In this document: positions 59,447 to 64,000 of the stretch, piece by piece
How the letters are laid out: each line of letters starts with the position of its first letter
Numbering within the stretch: the stretch's first letter is position 1
Assembly (NCBI GenBank): GCA_965248695.1
Contig: CBDFKD010000002.1
Coordinates: forward strand, 4,224,001-4,288,000
Length of the DNA stretch: 64,000 nucleotides
Origin: Acidobacteriota bacterium
Lineage (GTDB): Bacteria; Acidobacteriota; UBA890; WLXD01
Reading direction: 5' to 3'
Notes under the pieces: generated by a model
The model's database searches: none
Told to the model about the DNA's origin: nothing
What the model saw: only the letters and a program-made list of their open reading frames with translations
Translations under genes and position numbers: made by a program

Positions 59447-61017
59447 GCGGTTCCGCGCGTTTCGTCGGTCGCGCCGGCGTCGCGTCGTTGCTGCTAGCAG
59501 GTCTTACGGCAACCGGCAGCGCGCGCACGATGCCGGTGGCGGAGTCCGTCGGCGCGCCTCTAGTGTTCACCGATGTGACCGTTGCCGCCGGACTCCTGCT
59601 CGAGCATCGCTTCGATGCTGGGTTCTCGGACGTCGGAATGGCTGCCTGGGCTTCAGGAGGCATCGCCGCGGGGGACGTCGACGGTGACGGCTACATCGAC
59701 CTCATCATGGTGCGTGCGGATGCCGGTCGGCCGGCCTTGCTGCTCAACCGGCGCGACGGGACGTTCGCCGCACCGCGGCCGATCCACGAGCTGGACCTGT
59801 GGTCCGCCGGGACGACCCTGGGTGATTTCGACGGTGATGGCCGTCTCGATCTGATCAGCGGCAACGTCGGCTCAGGGCAACCGCAGCTGCTGAGCGGTCG
59901 GCCTGGCGGCCGCTTCATAGACACCGGTGCCGGAGCCGCCGTCCGCACGACCAAGAACACCTTCTCGACTTCGCTGGCGGACTTCGACCGCGACGGAGAC
60001 CTGGATCTGGCGACCGCTCACTGGGATCAGAACTGCCGTGATGGCTGCGCCGGTGACCATCTGTGGCAGAACGACGGCGCCGGTGCGTTCGGCCTCGTCG
60101 ACCCACAGTGGCGGCTGCCAGGCTACGAGGAGGACTACTCGTTCAGTCCGAACTTCGCCGACGTCAACTCCGACGGTTGGCCCGACCTGTTGATGACCTC
60201 CGACCTCAGCACCAGCCGCGTGTTCCTCAACGATCACGGACGCGGGTGGGTCGAGAGCACGGACCGAGACGTGATTACCGACAAGAACGGCATGGGCGCC
60301 GCCGTCGGCGACTACGACAACGACGGCGATCTGGACTGGTTCGTCACCAGTATCTGGTACGAGGCCAACGCGGACAGCGGCAACCGCCTCTATCGCAATC
60401 ATGGCGACGGCGTGTTCAGCGACGTCACCACTCGCGCAAGGGTGCGCAACGGCGGCTGGGGATGGGGCGCCTGCTTCGCCGATTTCGACAACGATGGCTG
60501 GCTGGACATCTTCCACACCAACGGCTGGTTCGACTATGGCCCCGATCGGTCCAGGCTGTTCATGAACCGCCGCGGACGCTTTCGCGAGCGCGCCGAGCTC
60601 CACGGGATCGTCGACGAGCGCTCAGGTCGAGCCGTCTCCTGTCTCGACTTCGACCGCGATGGCGACACCGACATCCTGGTTGGCAACCACAACGATTCGC
60701 CACGCTTGTATCGAAACGATGGGGGCAACACCCGATCGTACCTCGACGTCGTGCTGTCGGACGACGGTCCGAACACCGCCGGCGTGGGGGCGCGCGTGTT
60801 CGTGACGGCCAACGGCGTCACCCAGATGCGCGAGCTTCGTTGTGGGACCAACTACGTGTCGCAGGATCCGGTCGAGGCGCACTTCGGGCTCGACAGCGCC
60901 AGCAGCGCACGGGTCCGCGTGGTGTGGCCGGATGGCCAGACCCAGTCGCTTGGCAGGGTGGCCGCGAACCAGCTAGTGGTGGTCGAACGGCTCGTCGACG
61001 CGGATCCCGAGCCATAG
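59443..61017 (+). CDS. CRTAC1-family protein (FG-GAP repeats plus ASPIC/UnbV)
   Basis: Repeated DxDxDGxxD motifs; VGARV...QMREL...YVSQ...AHFGL...VVWPDG. Confidence 0.9.
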   Translation: MSGSARFVGRAGVASLLLAGLTATGSARTMPVAESVGAPLVFTDVTVAAGLLLEHRFDAGFSDVGMAAWASGGIAAGDVDGDGYIDLIMVRADAGRPALLLNRRDGTFAAPRPIHELDLWSAGTTLGDFDGDGRLDLISGNVGSGQPQLLSGRPGGRFIDTGAGAAVRTTKNTFSTSLADFDRDGDLDLATAHWDQNCRDGCAGDHLWQNDGAGAFGLVDPQWRLPGYEEDYSFSPNFADVNSDGWPDLLMTSDLSTSRVFLNDHGRGWVESTDRDVITDKNGMGAAVGDYDNDGDLDWFVTSIWYEANADSGNRLYRNHGDGVFSDVTTRARVRNGGWGWGACFADFDNDGWLDIFHTNGWFDYGPDRSRLFMNRRGRFRERAELHGIVDERSGRAVSCLDFDRDGDTDILVGNHNDSPRLYRNDGGNTRSYLDVVLSDDGPNTAGVGARVFVTANGVTQMRELRCGTNYVSQDPVEAHFGLDSASSARVRVVWPDGQTQSLGRVAANQLVVVERLVDADPEP

Positions 61018-62307
61018 CAGCCCGGCCACGATCGCCATGATCGCGCCCGTGCCGATGGCTCCGCTCCACCCGAACCAGCCCACGAAGATGGGGATCAGCG
61101 GCGCCGAAATGACTCCGCCGAGGTTGCCGCCGGTGTTCAGGATGCCCGTGCCGGTGTAGGTGTGCTTGCCGGACACGAAGCTGGTTCCGGCCCAGAAGGT
61201 GCCCTCGCTAAACTGCGTCAGGCTGAAGCTGATCGTCAGCAGGACGATCGCCAGCGGGGTGCTTTCGGCCAGCGCCCCGAACATGAGAAAGACGCCTACG
61301 AGCGGCAATGCGACAAGGCAAGGGAGACGACACCCGCGACGCGGTCCCAGGCTGCGGCAGAGTCGGTCGCACGCCTCGCCACCTATTGACGCCATGACGG
61401 CGCCGGCGAGCCACGGCAACGAGGCGATGAATCCGCCCTCCAGCATCCCGAATCCGCGCACGTCGAGCAGGTAGACGTAGAACCAGTTGAAGAAAAAGTA
61501 GAAGACGTAGTTCATGCACAGGTAGCTCAGGGTCATCAGCAGGATGTTGCGATCGCGCAGCATCCGCTTCCAGAGCCCGGTCTCGGGCGGCTGGGCCGAG
61601 AGATCGGTGTCGGGACGTTCGCCGTCCACAGGGTTCTCTCGACCGGCCCGGATCAGCGCGATCTCGGCGGCGTTGGTGGCCCAGTGCTGCCGAGGGTCGT
61701 CGCGACCCAGTCGCCACCAGATCCAGGCCCCGAGTATCGCTAGCGGCGCAGTGGCGTAGAAGGCGCCACGCCAGCCGATCTCGATCATCAGCCAGGCGAT
61801 GAGCGGCGGGGTGACGGCGGCGCCCAGCCCCAGACCGGTACTGGAGATCCCCTGCGGGAGCGCCCAGCGGCCGACCGGAAACCAGCGCTCGATAGCACCA
61901 CCCAGCACAGGGTAGATGGGTGCGCGGGCTGCGCCGAGGGCGAATCGGAGGACCACTAGCGTCAAGAAGACGCCCAGACTGCCCGTGGCGATCGTTCCCG
62001 GAAGGAGTGCCGTGAGAGCGGTGATCACGCCCCAGGCCGCTGCGATGATGGTGAGCACGCGCCGGGCTCCGACGCGCTGCCCCCACATTCCGCCTGGAAG
62101 CTGGAACAGCGAGTATCCCCAGAGCATCGAGCTGAATATCCACCCCATCTGGACGTCCGAGATGCCGAGCTCCTCGGTGAGGAACGGCGCCGCGATCGAG
62201 AGGTTCAGTCCGACTACATATGAGACGAAGCTGAGGCCGAACAGCAGACCGAGAATTCGCCATCGAGCGATCGTGGGACGGTCAGTGCTTGTCGGTGTGG
62301 GTGTCAT
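60973..62307 (-). CDS. MFS transporter, anion:cation symporter (ACS)-like
   Basis: RWRILGLLF, NLSIAAP, YSLFQLPGG, about 12 TM helices; plausible start ATG at 62307. Confidence 0.88.
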   Translation of the reverse strand: MTPTPTSTDRPTIARWRILGLLFGLSFVSYVVGLNLSIAAPFLTEELGISDVQMGWIFSSMLWGYSLFQLPGGMWGQRVGARRVLTIIAAAWGVITALTALLPGTIATGSLGVFLTLVVLRFALGAARAPIYPVLGGAIERWFPVGRWALPQGISSTGLGLGAAVTPPLIAWLMIEIGWRGAFYATAPLAILGAWIWWRLGRDDPRQHWATNAAEIALIRAGRENPVDGERPDTDLSAQPPETGLWKRMLRDRNILLMTLSYLCMNYVFYFFFNWFYVYLLDVRGFGMLEGGFIASLPWLAGAVMASIGGEACDRLCRSLGPRRGCRLPCLVALPLVGVFLMFGALAESTPLAIVLLTISFSLTQFSEGTFWAGTSFVSGKHTYTGTGILNTGGNLGGVISAPLIPIFVGWFGWSGAIGTGAIMAIVAGLLWLGIRVDEPFDHH

Positions 62308-62520
62308 GAGATCTCGAACGACTCGCCGCCGTCGGCGTCTTGGAAGTCCTTCAGAACCCGCAGACCCTACTGGAACATGCGGGCCGAAGCCACGCTGCCC
62401 TGAGAGCGGCGAGCCGATTCCACCGCGCTTTGCGCGTTCAAAGGCGTACGGGAAGTCTTCTTGAACGCCCGGCGCGATCGCGAATGTCGCTGCCGCCAGC
62501 ACGGACAAACGGAGAGAGCG

Positions 62521-64000
62521 ATGGGAGTCGGTTCGGCCATATCGATCCAGCTGACCGCCGTGGGTGAGTACCAGGTGCCCGCATCCCTGCTGCGAGTCCG
62601 GATTCGAGCATCCCTGCCTCGATTGGTCTGGTACGCCGGATTGACGACAGCGATGTCCTGGTTCGTGGTCCCAGGAGCCAGCGCACAATCGTCGGTGCAG
62701 CAGCGCACGCAGGTGCCGGGTGAGGTCTACCAGGGCGAGCCCCTGAAGGAGATCGGTGCGATCGCCGCGGCCTCGTTGCGGGGTCAGTTCGACCGTGGCA
62801 GGAGCTCGTTTGCCGTCGAGCTCGACGCTCTTCCCGATTCGCAGCGACGCGCGCTGCGGACGGCCAACGAGAAGCCTGGCGCGCCTCTCCAGATCGGTAT
62901 TGAGCGGCAGGTGCCGTCGCGATTCCTGGGCTCGTTGCGTAGCCGCGATCTGGCCTGGGTGGAGATTGGAGACGGAGGAACGGCAGCGACGTTCACAGTC
63001 AGGTCGCCACGAGCGGCTGCGACGCGGCTTGCCTTGCGCGTGGCGAACCTGCCGCCCAGCGCCGAGATCCGCTTCTTCAGCGTCGCGCAACCGCACCAGA
63101 GCTTCGGACCATTCGGTCGCGACGTATTCCGGGCGCATGCACGCGCTGCGGGGTCCGGTGGCGACCCGACGCCTTATTGGTCACCCGTGGTCGGAGGCGA
63201 CTCGATCGGCGTAGAAGTGTACGTACGGCGGCCGACCCAGCGCGACAGCGTCGAGCTGACCATCGAGCGCGTTGCGCATCTGGTCTACTCGCCGAAGTAC
63301 TCCGACCCGGCGGACTTGGTTGACCTGAAGGCCTCACAAGGCTGCGAGATCGACCTTGCCTGCGAGTCCGGCTGGCAGACGGCGGGCAACGCTGTGGCGC
63401 GCATCGTGTTTCAGGACGGCGGCACGTACCTGTGCACCGGGCAGCTGATGAGCGATGGCGATTCCAGCACCACGATTCCCTACTTCAGCACCGCCACGCA
63501 CTGCATCGGCAACCAGGGAGCGGCGAGCTCGATCGACTTCTTCTGGTTCGACCAACGCACGGGATGCGGGGGCGGCGGCACGACCACCCAGCAAACGTCG
63601 GGCGGCGCAGACCTGCTGTATGCATCCGACACTGACTCCGGCACCGACTTTGCGCTCCTGCGGGCGAACCAATCACCGCCTGGCGGTGTCAGCCTTCTCG
63701 GTTGGGATAGCGGTTCGGTCGGCCTGGGCACGCCAATAACCGGAATCCATCATCCGGCAGGCGATGTCAAGAAGATCAGCCACGGTACGCTCAACAGCCG
63801 CGAGCCCTGGTGGGCACAGGGCTTCGACAGCCATCTGCTGGTCAATTGGAACTCGGGGGTTACCGAGGGCGGTAGCAGTGGCTCGGTGCTGTTCACCGGC
63901 AGCTCGTGGCCGGGTCAGCTGTTGATCGGTGTTTTGACCGGCGGCAGCTCCTACTGCTCGGCTCCGGACGATCCCGACCTGTATGGGCGGTTCGATCTGA
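62521..64000 (+). CDS. Secreted trypsin-like serine protease with propeptide (lysyl endopeptidase-like); partial, runs off the window end
   Basis: Not in the ORF track. The frame from ATG 62521 gives YWSPVV, CEIDLAC, YLCTGQL, YFSTATHC, TDFALL, GIHHPAGDVKKIS, TEGGSSGS. Confidence 0.9.
   Translation, partial: MGVGSAISIQLTAVGEYQVPASLLRVRIRASLPRLVWYAGLTTAMSWFVVPGASAQSSVQQRTQVPGEVYQGEPLKEIGAIAAASLRGQFDRGRSSFAVELDALPDSQRRALRTANEKPGAPLQIGIERQVPSRFLGSLRSRDLAWVEIGDGGTAATFTVRSPRAAATRLALRVANLPPSAEIRFFSVAQPHQSFGPFGRDVFRAHARAAGSGGDPTPYWSPVVGGDSIGVEVYVRRPTQRDSVELTIERVAHLVYSPKYSDPADLVDLKASQGCEIDLACESGWQTAGNAVARIVFQDGGTYLCTGQLMSDGDSSTTIPYFSTATHCIGNQGAASSIDFFWFDQRTGCGGGGTTTQQTSGGADLLYASDTDSGTDFALLRANQSPPGGVSLLGWDSGSVGLGTPITGIHHPAGDVKKISHGTLNSREPWWAQGFDSHLLVNWNSGVTEGGSSGSVLFTGSSWPGQLLIGVLTGGSSYCSAPDDPDLYGRFDL

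Noticed and set aside
62308-63138. N-terminal extension of the 721-aa MFS ORF
   Set aside because: Overlaps the plus-strand protease; MFS similarity begins only near ATG 62307.

Overview
High-GC bacterial chromosomal window. An Acidobacteriota-like origin is an inference from protein families and was not tested. Left to right it holds: two secreted/surface protein genes, an intact IS3-family element that joins two truncated loci, a CHAT (caspase-like) protease, a MacA/MacB-like pair, a split DUF5916 outer-membrane protein, and a GAF-GGDEF-HD-GYP protein with a small HTH gene. Next come DegP, citrate synthase, pncB, dodecin, a beta-CASP nuclease, alpha-2-macroglobulin with pbpC, a ligA operon, and several hydrolases and transporters. 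The right part has a redoxin-pilin-hybrid kinase unit, a probable glycine betaine/dimethylglycine demethylation cluster (non-pyrrolysine MttB, GcvT-type dehydrogenase, ETF, membrane Fe-S oxidoreductase), and a lysyl-endopeptidase-like gene running off the end. About seven small indels split otherwise intact genes and are most likely assembly errors. I found no rRNA, tRNA or CRISPR array. All assignments come from motif recognition by eye; no database search was run.
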